Assembly (NCBI GenBank): GCA_902795785.1
Contig: CADBMK010000169.1
Coordinates: 1 to 36,638 of the forward strand
DNA length: 36,638 nucleotides
Reading direction: 5' to 3'
Origin: an uncultured Bacteroidia bacterium
GTDB lineage: Bacteria > Bacteroidota > Bacteroidia > Bacteroidales > UBA932
A program made the position numbers and the translations under genes. The notes under the pieces are model-generated. The model worked only from the letters and a program-made list of their open reading frames with translations. It did no database searches and was not told where the DNA came from. How positions within the stretch are numbered: position 1 is the first letter of the stretch; each line of letters begins with the position of its first letter. Positions 1 through 9,212 of the stretch are shown here, piece by piece.

Positions 1-782
1 GTACAATCCTCAAAACCGCAAGAAGCGCGGAATTCATGACTCCCGAAGGCAAAAAGAAGGCCTACGACAATATCGTGAAATTTGCCATCGATGCACTCAT
101 CGTCATCGGAGGTAACGGTTCCCTTTCAGGAGCCCAGGACTTCGCAAAGATGTTCGACGTCCCTTGTATCGGCCTTCCCGGAACAATCGACAACGACCTT
201 TACGGAACCGATATGACCATCGGTTACGACACAGCGCTTAATACAATCGTTGAATGCGTGGACAAGATCCGCGATACCGCCAACAGCCACGACCGTATCT
301 TCCTCGTGGAGGTTATGGGACGTGACGCCGGATTCCTGGCCCAGAACAGCGCCATCGCCTCCGGTGCGGAAGCGGCCATAATCCCTGAAGACAGAAGCAA
401 CGTGGATCAACTGGAGAAATTCATCGGACGTGGAATCCGTAAAAGTAAGAACAGTTCCATCGTCCTGGTTTCCGAAAGTCCTAAGGATGGAAAGGGTGCG
501 CAGTACTATGCAGACAAGGTAAGGAAGGAGTATCCACAGTATGACGTCCGTGTATCCATCCTCGGTCACCTTCAGAGAGGCGGAACCCCTACAGCCACCG
601 ACAGAATTCTTGCCAGCCGTCTTGGCGTGGCCGCAATCGGAGCCCTTAACGAGGGACAGAGAAACGTCATGATAGGTGTTTCCAACGACAAAATCGTTTA
701 CGTTCCTTTCTCAAGGGCAGTCAAAATGGACAAACCTATAGACAAGGAACTGATTGACGTATTAGGCATTCTTTCAATCTAA
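1..782 (+). CDS. pfkA: ATP-dependent 6-phosphofructokinase (5'-truncated by window edge)
   Basis: The frame is open from base 3 ([12 protein letters not shown]...). PFK motifs: [27 protein letters not shown]. Confidence 0.96.
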   Translation, partial: TILKTARSAEFMTPEGKKKAYDNIVKFAIDALIVIGGNGSLSGAQDFAKMFDVPCIGLPGTIDNDLYGTDMTIGYDTALNTIVECVDKIRDTANSHDRIFLVEVMGRDAGFLAQNSAIASGAEAAIIPEDRSNVDQLEKFIGRGIRKSKNSSIVLVSESPKDGKGAQYYADKVRKEYPQYDVRVSILGHLQRGGTPTATDRILASRLGVAAIGALNEGQRNVMIGVSNDKIVYVPFSRAVKMDKPIDKELIDVLGILSI

Positions 783-787
783 AATGT

Positions 788-819
788 ATTGGTAAACAAT
801 ATAATAGTATTTATATTTG
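788..819 (+). promoter_or_regulatory. Bacteroidota housekeeping promoter for the histidine kinase
   Basis: ATTG (788-791), 20-nt spacer, TATATTTG (812-819); matches TTTG-N19-21-TANNTTTG. Confidence 0.65.
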
Positions 820-846
820 TATTCCATTTACATTGCCGATAAACTA

Positions 847-2718
847 ATGCGCAAACTCAGATTGCCCGGATTGCTGCTGCTATTGTTCTTTCTAACCGCT
901 ACGGTAGCCTGGGCAAAGAACGAAAACATACTTGTAATCTGTCCTTATGTCCCTTCAAACAGCTGGGGCCAAAGGGCACTTGCGCCTATCAATCAGTTGG
1001 CAAACGAGAATTCAGATTTTAATTTCCAGTTCTCAGTTCTCAAGAGCACTGATTATTCGACAAGCGTAGAAGTCAAGGACAGGCTCAATTCCATCTCCGG
1101 AGTTTATGGCATGGAGCGCCCGGACCTTGCTATCATCTACGGGCCGGCAAATTACGAAGCGGCAAGGCACATCAATGAAAAATGGCCGGGCATCCCTATC
1201 ATCCTGATAGGCGAAATCGAGTATATGTGCAAACTGGACTACATCCTTGACAGTTATGCCAATGAGGATGCCGTCCGCGAGAACATCGCCGATATGGTCC
1301 AGGAACTCAACTGCACCTTCATCAAGACCCCTGTTTATCCCGGCAGGACGCTTGACCTGATGAAAAGTCTCCTTCCTAAGATGGAAGAGGTATTCTTCAT
1401 CGGCGGAGACGATTTCATGAGCAAGGAAGTCCAGCTTATGCTCGCAAGAAAATCCGAAGAAAGAAAATGCAGGTTCCACGCCTTTCTTTCAAGCGACCAT
1501 AGCATAGAAGACCTGATTAAATCCGTCCAATCCCTTGACCAGCAAAAGATTGGAATCATCTACTGCAACTGGTTCTCGAAAGTTAATCCGGAGAATAACG
1601 CCCACCTGGGCATACGTCGCCTGGTTGAAGCTCACGTGCCTGTATTCAACATCTACGGACAGGATTTCAAGAGCGATGACGGAGTGGGTTTCATAACCTA
1701 TGATGCAGGAGAATACAAGGAAAAAGTTCAGGAAACAGTACTGAAAATACTCCGGAAGAAGATTCCGGCAAGAAAGATTGAGCCTGTGATTATCAAGGCG
1801 GGAAAACCGGTTCTTAACAGCGAGGCACTGATGAAATACAATTTCGACAGGAGGCTCGCTCCGGAAGGAACTGTTTTCGTAAACAATCACCCGTCATTCC
1901 TGGAAACCCACAAGAACGATATTATTATAGGAGCGTCAATCCTTACAGTCCTGTTCATCTTCATGCTGATTACGCTCCTCATTCACGGTAATTCCCTTAA
2001 CAAACAGCTCAGACAGGCCAAGAAGAGAGCCGAGACTTCGGACCGAAGCAAGACTATTTTCCTTCAGAACATGTCCCACGAAATCCGCACACCGATGAAC
2101 GCAATCGTGGGATTCTCACAGCTGCTGGCCCTTCCTGACGGCTACAGTACGGAAGAAGAGAAGAAGGAATACGCTGGCTATATCCAGAACAACGCCAAGA
2201 TGCTGATGATGCTCATAGACGATATTCTCGATATCGCCGACGCAGAGCACGGAAACTATCGAATAGATCTCACGGATGCATCCTGCAATGAAATCTGTAC
2301 CAGCGCGATGAAATCCGTAGAATTCCGCGTACCGCCTGAGGTAAAGATGTATTTTACGACAGATCTTCCTGACGATTTCAAAATCCACACAGACTCAAGG
2401 CGTGTTCAGCAGGTTCTCATCAATTACCTTACGAATGCCTGCAAACACACCTTACAGGGTGAAATAAAGGTCAGCTGTTCAAAATCCGAGCATCCGGGCA
2501 GCATCACATTCAGTGTCACGGATACAGGTACGGGAATTCCTTCGAACATGGCTGAAAACATATTCGAGCGCTTCACCAAACTGGACGCCTTCGTCCAGGG
2601 TAGCGGACTTGGACTAAATATATGCAGAACCATTGCCCAGAAACTTGGGGCACAGGTTAAACTGGACACGTCTTATACGAAGGGGGCCAGATTCCTCTTC
2701 ATAGTCCCCCTTCATTAA
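847..2718 (+). CDS. Membrane sensor histidine kinase with a large periplasmic (ABC-substrate-binding-like) domain, HisKA and HATPase_c
   Basis: Signal peptide MRKLRLPG...AWA; TM IIIGASILTVLFIFMLITLL; H-box FLQNMSHEIRTPMN; N-box QQVLINYLTNA; G1 DTGTGI; G2 GSGLGL. ATG 847 is preferred because TTG 817 lies inside the promoter box. Confidence 0.92.
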   Translation: MRKLRLPGLLLLLFFLTATVAWAKNENILVICPYVPSNSWGQRALAPINQLANENSDFNFQFSVLKSTDYSTSVEVKDRLNSISGVYGMERPDLAIIYGPANYEAARHINEKWPGIPIILIGEIEYMCKLDYILDSYANEDAVRENIADMVQELNCTFIKTPVYPGRTLDLMKSLLPKMEEVFFIGGDDFMSKEVQLMLARKSEERKCRFHAFLSSDHSIEDLIKSVQSLDQQKIGIIYCNWFSKVNPENNAHLGIRRLVEAHVPVFNIYGQDFKSDDGVGFITYDAGEYKEKVQETVLKILRKKIPARKIEPVIIKAGKPVLNSEALMKYNFDRRLAPEGTVFVNNHPSFLETHKNDIIIGASILTVLFIFMLITLLIHGNSLNKQLRQAKKRAETSDRSKTIFLQNMSHEIRTPMNAIVGFSQLLALPDGYSTEEEKKEYAGYIQNNAKMLMMLIDDILDIADAEHGNYRIDLTDASCNEICTSAMKSVEFRVPPEVKMYFTTDLPDDFKIHTDSRRVQQVLINYLTNACKHTLQGEIKVSCSKSEHPGSITFSVTDTGTGIPSNMAENIFERFTKLDAFVQGSGLGLNICRTIAQKLGAQVKLDTSYTKGARFLFIVPLH

Positions 2719-2731
2719 AGCCGTAAAATAA

Positions 2732-3448
2732 TTACTTACAGAAAGATGCGCCCACATTGATAATGATGTAGGCAAGGAAAGATGTAAGTACGATAAGAGT
2801 CCAGCAGGCTCCGGTTGAGAAAACTACGACTGCTGAAACGATAAATGCAAGCAGGAAAAGAATCCTGGAAACCTTTGTCTTGGTGTCCACCTGCTTACCT
2901 GTTCCCATCTTCATGGCAAACATGGGAATCTCACTGACAAGAAGCAGCGAGAGAATGATGGCCAGAGCCGGGATAACCCAGACAACTGATACTATAGACC
3001 CGAGCCACTCTTCGTAGTTGGCGGCATAGGCCAGTGATCCGCAGATCATGGCAGCGGCCGGCGTGGCGAGTCCGATGAAGCTTTCGTGCTGACGCTCGTC
3101 AATATTGAACTTGGCGAGTCTCAGGCCCGAGAAAGCCGCGAGGATTAAAGGTATAAGGCACACCAGGGTACCTGCTCCGGTAAACTCGCACATAGTCTTA
3201 TATAAAAGGACAGACGGAAGCACTCCGAAGCTGACCATGTCTGCAAGGGAATCGAGTTCCTTTCCGATTTCAGAATATGCTCCGAGCAGCCTTGCGGCAA
3301 GACCGTCGCAGAAATCGAAGCCCGCAGCAGCGAGCATAAGGAGGAAGGCGGTCTCTACCTGACCTTCCAATGAAAGGATCACTCCCCCAACCCCGCAAAG
3401 GAGATTGAGGCAAGTGATCGTATTGGGAATATGTTTAACAATCTGCAT
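2732..3448 (-). CDS. pssA: CDP-diacylglycerol--serine O-phosphatidyltransferase (CDP-alcohol phosphatidyltransferase family)
   Basis: IPNTITCLNLLCG; DFCDGLAARLL...GKELDSLADMVSFG; LRLAKFN; FIGLATP. Confidence 0.92.
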   Translation of the reverse strand: MQIVKHIPNTITCLNLLCGVGGVILSLEGQVETAFLLMLAAAGFDFCDGLAARLLGAYSEIGKELDSLADMVSFGVLPSVLLYKTMCEFTGAGTLVCLIPLILAAFSGLRLAKFNIDERQHESFIGLATPAAAMICGSLAYAANYEEWLGSIVSVVWVIPALAIILSLLLVSEIPMFAMKMGTGKQVDTKTKVSRILFLLAFIVSAVVVFSTGACWTLIVLTSFLAYIIINVGASFCK

Positions 3449-4668
3449 TACTTGATACCAAGTTTCTTCTTAAGATCCTTTGGAAGCGCATCCTTATGGA
3501 TAATGCAATCCATAGTCTTTCCGTCAAAGAAGTTCATTGAAACATACCAGATTCCGTGGAATTTTCCTGTGTCTCCCCAGGAATTCTTTACCACGAAATA
3601 CTCCTTGCCGGTCTCATCCTTGGCAATACCGTAGATATGCATGCCGTGGTCGTCGGTAGTTTCCTTGTTGTCGAACCATTTCTGACGAACTTCCTGAGTA
3701 GGAACAAGCTCTGCAGGAGCTTCGTTTGAAGCATCCTCCTTTGCAGCCTTTTCCTCAGCCTTTCCAACCCAGTGCTCCTGATCAGAGCCTGCTGACTTCT
3801 TGTCCTTTGCCTTAGGGTCAACGAGGAATGCATAGCCGTCACGGGTAAATCCAACTTCACTTACATCAGCGCCCCAGAGTGTGGTATAGCCGTTCTTGAG
3901 ACCGTTGTAAACAACCTCACGGAGTTCCTCCATAGGGACGTTGTAAACGCTGTTCCAGCGCCAGTTGTCGCAGACTTCAATCTGGAACTTGGTGTAGAAT
4001 GGGTGATGTGTGAAAGAAGAGAGGACAACATAGTCATCAGCGTTGAGCTTGTATGAATCCCTGTACTGCTGAGGAGTCATTGTCTTTCCATTAACCTCGA
4101 ATGACTCAGGGCATGGTCCGAGATAGGCGTCCATAATTCCCTGGAAGCCCTTCTTCCAGACTGTTGAAACCTTCTTTCCAGGATTGGAGGCAATAACCTT
4201 TACATAAGACTGAGCAAGGTCATCGAGCTCGCTGTGGTTAGGAAGGATCTTGTCTCCCTGGCCGTAATCGAGGACAGGCTGTGCGCTCTGAGGAACAAGG
4301 CCGTAATCTCTCATTACGTCAAGTACGTCGTCACCTTCGCTTCCGGCGCCGAAGTTAAGCTTGCCGTCAAGTCTGACATATTTGTCGGCACGGTCCTGAT
4401 ATGAATGGCTGATGACAAACATCTCAGAGAAATCAGGATATGCTGTAGTATCCTTGATGCCGTTGATTCTGATTGCCTCTGACTCGAGGAAGCTGATTCC
4501 TGAGAAACACCAGCAGGTTCCTGAACGGAACTGATTCTTAACCGGTGTCACCGGATTCTCCACAACTGGCGTGAACTTGATGTCAGGTGATTTAATTTTC
4601 TTAACCTGAGCGCCCGATGTGAACGGGATAACAAGAGCCGCCGCGATTGTAATTGATTTAATGTTCAT
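3448..4668 (-). CDS. pepC: Exported C1B cysteine aminopeptidase (aminopeptidase C / bleomycin hydrolase family)
   Basis: Catalytic NQFRSGTCWCFS, DDHGMHIYG and VKNSWG. Signal peptide MNIKSITIAAALVIPFTSGA|Q; start taken at ATG 4668. Confidence 0.9.
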   Translation of the reverse strand: MNIKSITIAAALVIPFTSGAQVKKIKSPDIKFTPVVENPVTPVKNQFRSGTCWCFSGISFLESEAIRINGIKDTTAYPDFSEMFVISHSYQDRADKYVRLDGKLNFGAGSEGDDVLDVMRDYGLVPQSAQPVLDYGQGDKILPNHSELDDLAQSYVKVIASNPGKKVSTVWKKGFQGIMDAYLGPCPESFEVNGKTMTPQQYRDSYKLNADDYVVLSSFTHHPFYTKFQIEVCDNWRWNSVYNVPMEELREVVYNGLKNGYTTLWGADVSEVGFTRDGYAFLVDPKAKDKKSAGSDQEHWVGKAEEKAAKEDASNEAPAELVPTQEVRQKWFDNKETTDDHGMHIYGIAKDETGKEYFVVKNSWGDTGKFHGIWYVSMNFFDGKTMDCIIHKDALPKDLKKKLGIK

Positions 4669-4707
4669 AATAGTATTCTGTGTTATAAATATGTTCACAC
4701 TAATTAA

Positions 4708-4715
4708 CAAAGTTA
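4708..4715 (-). promoter_or_regulatory. -7 promoter box for pepC-pssA
   Basis: TAACTTTG on the minus strand, 40 nt upstream of the pepC ATG. Confidence 0.6.
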
Positions 4716-4737
4716 AGCCTTTTCGATGAAAATACCA

Positions 4738-4745
4738 TAACTTTG
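4738..4745 (+). promoter_or_regulatory. -7 promoter box for the esterase gene (probable leaderless mRNA)
   Basis: TAACTTTG ends 5 nt before ATG 4751. Confidence 0.65.
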
Positions 4746-4750
4746 CGCCT

Positions 4751-5389
4751 ATGAACGGACCCAGGAACATAATGTACATTCACGGAATGGGAGGCGGCAG
4801 GGACAGCCGCATTCCCTGGATTCTGAAAGAGTGTTTTGAGAATGACCCCACGGTGAACATCATCATCAGGACATACGATTTCGACCCGGACATTGCCAGG
4901 GACCAGATCGATTCCTGGGTGGAAGAAGTGAAGCCCGTACTCATCATTGGTGAATCACTGGGTTCAATCCACGCCCTCAGGATTAAGGGCATTCCGCACC
5001 TTTTCGTATCCCCTGCCCTCAATGCTCCCATCCACTTCAAGGTCCTCGCTCCCCTGATGCTCATTCCGGGAGCCACTAGTCTTATGGACTGGATATACAA
5101 GCCAAGACCCGGAGAACGGCAGAAACTCCATTTCACCTGGGATCTTCTCAGGAAATGGAACGGTTACCGGAAGATGGCCATCGCAAACTCCCCGAGGATG
5201 GGCGGAAAGGATTATTTCTTTGCCTTCCTGGGCAAATACGACCACTACCGTAAATCAGGCGTCGTACGCATCACCACCTGGGAGAAATACTATGGAAAAA
5301 ATTCTTACGAACTCTACCCGGGAACCCATTTCATGGAGGAAGAATTTGTAAGGACCCTTCTGGTTAATAAAATCAAAACCTTCCTTTAG
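4751..5389 (+). CDS. YqiA/YcfP-family alpha/beta hydrolase (esterase)
   Basis: YIHGMGG oxyanion motif, GESLG nucleophile elbow, VSPAL, C-terminal GTHF. Confidence 0.85.
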   Translation: MNGPRNIMYIHGMGGGRDSRIPWILKECFENDPTVNIIIRTYDFDPDIARDQIDSWVEEVKPVLIIGESLGSIHALRIKGIPHLFVSPALNAPIHFKVLAPLMLIPGATSLMDWIYKPRPGERQKLHFTWDLLRKWNGYRKMAIANSPRMGGKDYFFAFLGKYDHYRKSGVVRITTWEKYYGKNSYELYPGTHFMEEEFVRTLLVNKIKTFL

Positions 5390-5497
5390 GAGGCCCTGAG
5401 GACCATTTTTCACAGATACAAATAACTCTGGGAAAAAGGTTGATAAAAAATTTTAAAAATTTATCTTCCAACTATCGTTAAGTGCCAAGTATTTTTC

Positions 5498-5505
5498 TAC
5501 CTTTG
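5498..5505 (+). promoter_or_regulatory. -7 promoter box for the glnA operon
   Basis: TACCTTTG, 44 nt upstream of ATG 5550. Confidence 0.6.
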
Positions 5506-5549
5506 TATTGTACAAAAGAAATACACAAGCGTACAAATCCTAAAAGAAC

Positions 5550-7724
5550 ATGGCAACATTCAGACAAAGAGCTTTAAACGAAGCCGCTGCTCACAAGACT
5601 GAGCGCTATTTCGTTGACGAACGTCCTGTTTCCGCTTATTTCGGACAGAACGTCTTCGACTTACCAAAAATGAGAAAGTATATGTCGCAGCCTGCTTACG
5701 AGGCAGTGCTTGCAGCAATCAAGGAAGGTGCTCAGATTGACCGTAAAGTTGCCAATGAGATTGCATCAGGAATGAAGGCCTGGGCCGTTGAGAGAGGTGC
5801 AACACATTATACCCATATTTTCCAGCCTCTTACCGGAACAACCGCTGAAAAGCACGAGGCTTTCATAACAATCAAGGACGGCCAGGCTTTTGAGAACTTC
5901 AAGGGCAGCGCCCTCGTACAGCAGGAGCCTGACGCCTCAAGTTTCCCTAGCGGCGGACTCCGCGCCACTTTCGAGGCCCGCGGTTATTCAGCCTGGGATC
6001 CTACTTCACCGGTATTTCTCCTTGACGAAACCCTCTGTATTCCGTCAGTATTCATATCTTACACAGGTGAGGCCCTCGATATGAAGGTGCCAAACCTCAA
6101 GTCACTTGCCGCTCTCAGCACGGCCGCCACAGCAGTAGCGAACCTCTTTGACAAGAGCGTCAAGGCCGTAAAGGTAAACATAGGTCTCGAGCAGGAATAC
6201 TTCCTCGTTGACGAGGCTCTCTACAATGCCCGTCCAGACCTCAGAATCTGCGACAGGACAGTCATCGGACATACTTCAGCCAAGGACCAGCAGCTTTCAG
6301 ACCACTACTTCGGAGCAATTCCTCAGAAGGTAGTTGCATTCATGAAGGATTTCGAGACCGAGGCATACAAACTCGGCATCGACCTTGAGACACGCCACAA
6401 CGAAGTTGCGCCTAACCAGTTTGAGTGCGCGCCTGTATTCTGCGAGTGTACCAAGGCAATTGACCAGAACATGCTTCTTATGATTGTGATGCAGAACGTT
6501 GCAAAGAAGCACAATCTCAAGGTTCTCTTCCACGAGAAACCTTTCGATGGAATCAACGGTTCCGGAAAGCACTGCAACTGGTCAATGCAGACTGACACCG
6601 GAACACTCCTCCTCTCCCCTGGCAAGACAGGAGCCAAGAACCTCCAGTTCCTGGCCTTCTACGCAGCTGTAACCAAGGCTGTTTACAAGCATAACTACCT
6701 TCTCATGTCTTCTATCAGCACGCTCAGCAACAGCTATCGTCTCGGAGGACACGAGGCGCCTCCTGCAGTGATGTCAATCTTCTCCGGAGCCTACGTTTCC
6801 GGCATCCTCAAGTCAATTCTTGAGAACGACGAGATTCTTGAAGACACATCAGCAAAGAATGCCATCAAGATGGTCAACGCCATCCCTGACATCCTCCAGG
6901 ACAATACAGACCGAAACAGGACATCTCCGTTCGCCTTCACCGGCAACAGATTCGAGTTCCGCGCCCTCGGTTCATCAGCAAACGCAGCCACTGCAGTATA
7001 TGTGCTCAACACAGCGGTAGCGGAGAGCCTTACCGAATTCCGCAAGGCCGTCGATGATCTTGAAGCCGCAGGCGTTCCACGTCAGGCCGCCATCCTCAAG
7101 ACAATCAAGAAGTTCATCGACGAGAGCAAGAACGTTCTCTTTGAAGGAAACGGTTACAGCAAGGAATGGGAAGTAGAATCTGCCAAGAGAGGTCTCAAGG
7201 CCGTCAAGAACGTTCCTGAATCATACAAAGCCTTCATCGAAAAGGATTCCATAAAGATGTTCGAGGACATGGGAGTACTCACCTCAGAGGAAACCAACGC
7301 CCGTTATGAAGTCCTTAATGAAAGTTATGTCAAGAAGCTCCAGATCGAAGCACGCGTTCAGGGAGACATCTGTCTCAACCACGTCATTCCGGCTGCGGTC
7401 AGCTACCAGAATATCCTTATGAAGGACATCCTCGGAGCCAAGGAAGCATTCGGTGAAGAATTTAAGGATCTTTGCGCAGCAGAGATTGCCACTTACAGGA
7501 AAATCGCTAAATTTATCAATGATATTTCAAGGGATGTCAACGACCTTGTAGAAGCCAGGAAAAAGGCCAACAAGGTTGAAGACTTCGCCGAAAGAGCTAA
7601 ACTTTATTCAACAGAAGTTAAAGATATGATGGATAAAGTCAGGTACAGCGCCGACCATCTCGAGATGCTTGTCGACGATGAACTCTGGCCGCTTCCAAAG
7701 TATCGAGAGCTCCTGTTCTTTTAA
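5550..7724 (+). CDS. glnA: Glutamine synthetase type III
   Basis: 724 aa; GATHYTHIFQPLTG, EPDASSFPSGG, HNEVAPNQFE, HEKPFDGINGSGKH, DRNRTSPFAFTGNRFEFRA, WPLPKYRELLF. Confidence 0.97.
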   Translation: MATFRQRALNEAAAHKTERYFVDERPVSAYFGQNVFDLPKMRKYMSQPAYEAVLAAIKEGAQIDRKVANEIASGMKAWAVERGATHYTHIFQPLTGTTAEKHEAFITIKDGQAFENFKGSALVQQEPDASSFPSGGLRATFEARGYSAWDPTSPVFLLDETLCIPSVFISYTGEALDMKVPNLKSLAALSTAATAVANLFDKSVKAVKVNIGLEQEYFLVDEALYNARPDLRICDRTVIGHTSAKDQQLSDHYFGAIPQKVVAFMKDFETEAYKLGIDLETRHNEVAPNQFECAPVFCECTKAIDQNMLLMIVMQNVAKKHNLKVLFHEKPFDGINGSGKHCNWSMQTDTGTLLLSPGKTGAKNLQFLAFYAAVTKAVYKHNYLLMSSISTLSNSYRLGGHEAPPAVMSIFSGAYVSGILKSILENDEILEDTSAKNAIKMVNAIPDILQDNTDRNRTSPFAFTGNRFEFRALGSSANAATAVYVLNTAVAESLTEFRKAVDDLEAAGVPRQAAILKTIKKFIDESKNVLFEGNGYSKEWEVESAKRGLKAVKNVPESYKAFIEKDSIKMFEDMGVLTSEETNARYEVLNESYVKKLQIEARVQGDICLNHVIPAAVSYQNILMKDILGAKEAFGEEFKDLCAAEIATYRKIAKFINDISRDVNDLVEARKKANKVEDFAERAKLYSTEVKDMMDKVRYSADHLEMLVDDELWPLPKYRELLFF

Positions 7725-8407
7725 TGATGCCCGTGAAAAAGATAGAATTAAGGAATTTAATACTTGCATTGTTCACCGTTTTCGCCCTTTTCGGCTGCAG
7801 CCGAAAAACCTGCGGAGGCACGAATACAATCAAATTGATAGAGGATATCCTGGCAGACACATCGTCCGTCAGGTATTCTCTTGTTAATGGGTTTGATGAG
7901 CATTACACCAAAGGAAAGATTGCGGTGATCGCTCCACAGGCCAGGACGGCCGCCCTGGTAAAGTATCTGACCACCTGCGACGTCTTCAACAATATTGACG
8001 GCACCAAGAATCCGGACGGACTTCCTGACTTCAGCGGAGAGACCATTCTTTGTATGCCGGAGATCAAGAACGTTCCTGATACAGCCCAGGACAAGGTCGG
8101 CATGCGTGAACTTATCGTCATTCAGGTTCTTGACGGAGTTCAGCACGGCGCGAAGGTTGTCATCCTTGCACCTGAGCTTGCCGCTACGGGACTGGAGGAC
8201 GTGGACTATCTTTTCGAATCTCTCGGAAAGGACCTCCCCATCATAGCAATGCCGGTCTTTGAAGGCGATTCCACAAACGTAAAGTCAGATTCAGCCGTCG
8301 CTGAATACTGTTACAACCTCCTGAGAAGGAAGAATTTGTTTTCACACAATATAGCATACCCAAAAGAAGAGTGGGTGAATATAGACAGTTCGGATGTACA
8401 AGATTAG
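7724..8407 (+). CDS. Hypothetical lipoprotein, possibly a degenerate Asp/Glu-racemase-fold protein
   Basis: Lipobox LFG|C; TAATG overlap with the glnA stop. DVFNN...DGLPDFSGETI and AKVVILA segments resemble Bacteroidota racemase-family lipoproteins (recalled, not searched). Confidence 0.7.
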   Translation: MMPVKKIELRNLILALFTVFALFGCSRKTCGGTNTIKLIEDILADTSSVRYSLVNGFDEHYTKGKIAVIAPQARTAALVKYLTTCDVFNNIDGTKNPDGLPDFSGETILCMPEIKNVPDTAQDKVGMRELIVIQVLDGVQHGAKVVILAPELAATGLEDVDYLFESLGKDLPIIAMPVFEGDSTNVKSDSAVAEYCYNLLRRKNLFSHNIAYPKEEWVNIDSSDVQD

Positions 8408-9212
8408 CATATCACCTGAGGAAATCGACAAGCTTCCGCTCACTACCTTCGACAAAAAGATCTGTGTCATAGACAGCGAAGGTCCTGAGCTTACAAAGGC
8501 TGTCGCCTACCTCAAGAAACAGAAGTACATCGGTTTCGATACAGAAACAAAGCCGACGTTCTCCCCTGAACAGAAAAGGATGGGAGTGGCGCTTCTTCAG
8601 CTCTCCGGACCGGAGAAAGCCTATCTTTTCCGCATCAAGAAATGCGGAATGCATGCAAAACTGTGTACCATTCTTTCCGATGAGAATATCCTGAAAATCG
8701 GCGCAGCCGTTGCTGACGACGTCCGTGGACTGGAGAAGTATCACAACTTCACGGCCAAGTCCTTCATAGACCTTCAGAAAATAGGCTGGGAGTACGGCAT
8801 CCGTGACAAGAGTGTCAAGAAGATGGCCGCAATTATACTCGGCATTAAGATTTCCAAAAAGGAGCAGTTGTCCAACTGGGAAGCTGAAACCCTTAGCGAA
8901 AGCCAGCAGAAATACGCTGCCATGGATGCCTGGGTATGCCGTGAGATGTACGTTAAACTTCTTAAGAGCGAGAAGAATCCTCTTACAAAGGAACAGCAGA
9001 TGCCGCCTTCACAGCTGAAGCAAATGCTTGAAAAGCAGGCTGCCAAGGCAAAGAAAGCCGAGGAGGAGAAGAAGAAGCAGGAAAAGCAGAAAAAGAAAAA
9101 GGCTCTTAAAAGAAAACTATACAGAAAGCGTCGTGCCGAGAGAAAGAAGGCACAGAAAAACGCAGAATTAAATAGCAATGGTCAAAGTCATACTGAAGAA
9201 AGGAAGGGATGA
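8394..9212 (+). CDS. DEDDy 3'-5' exonuclease (RNase D/WRN-exo-like) with a basic C-terminal tail
   Basis: ExoI GFDTET, LLQLS, ExoII ADDVRGL, FIDLQ, SNWE, ExoIII YAAMDAW. Confidence 0.92.
   Translation: MYKISISPEEIDKLPLTTFDKKICVIDSEGPELTKAVAYLKKQKYIGFDTETKPTFSPEQKRMGVALLQLSGPEKAYLFRIKKCGMHAKLCTILSDENILKIGAAVADDVRGLEKYHNFTAKSFIDLQKIGWEYGIRDKSVKKMAAIILGIKISKKEQLSNWEAETLSESQQKYAAMDAWVCREMYVKLLKSEKNPLTKEQQMPPSQLKQMLEKQAAKAKKAEEEKKKQEKQKKKKALKRKLYRKRRAERKKAQKNAELNSNGQSHTEERKG

Noticed and set aside
4669-4779. Longer ORF-track starts for pepC (also HK 817, surE 11775, trmD 18079, thiL 19059, pyrG 25617, nusB 35131, ybbR 33870)
   Set aside because: The extensions run over promoter boxes, leaders or neighbouring genes; family N-termini fit the downstream starts better.
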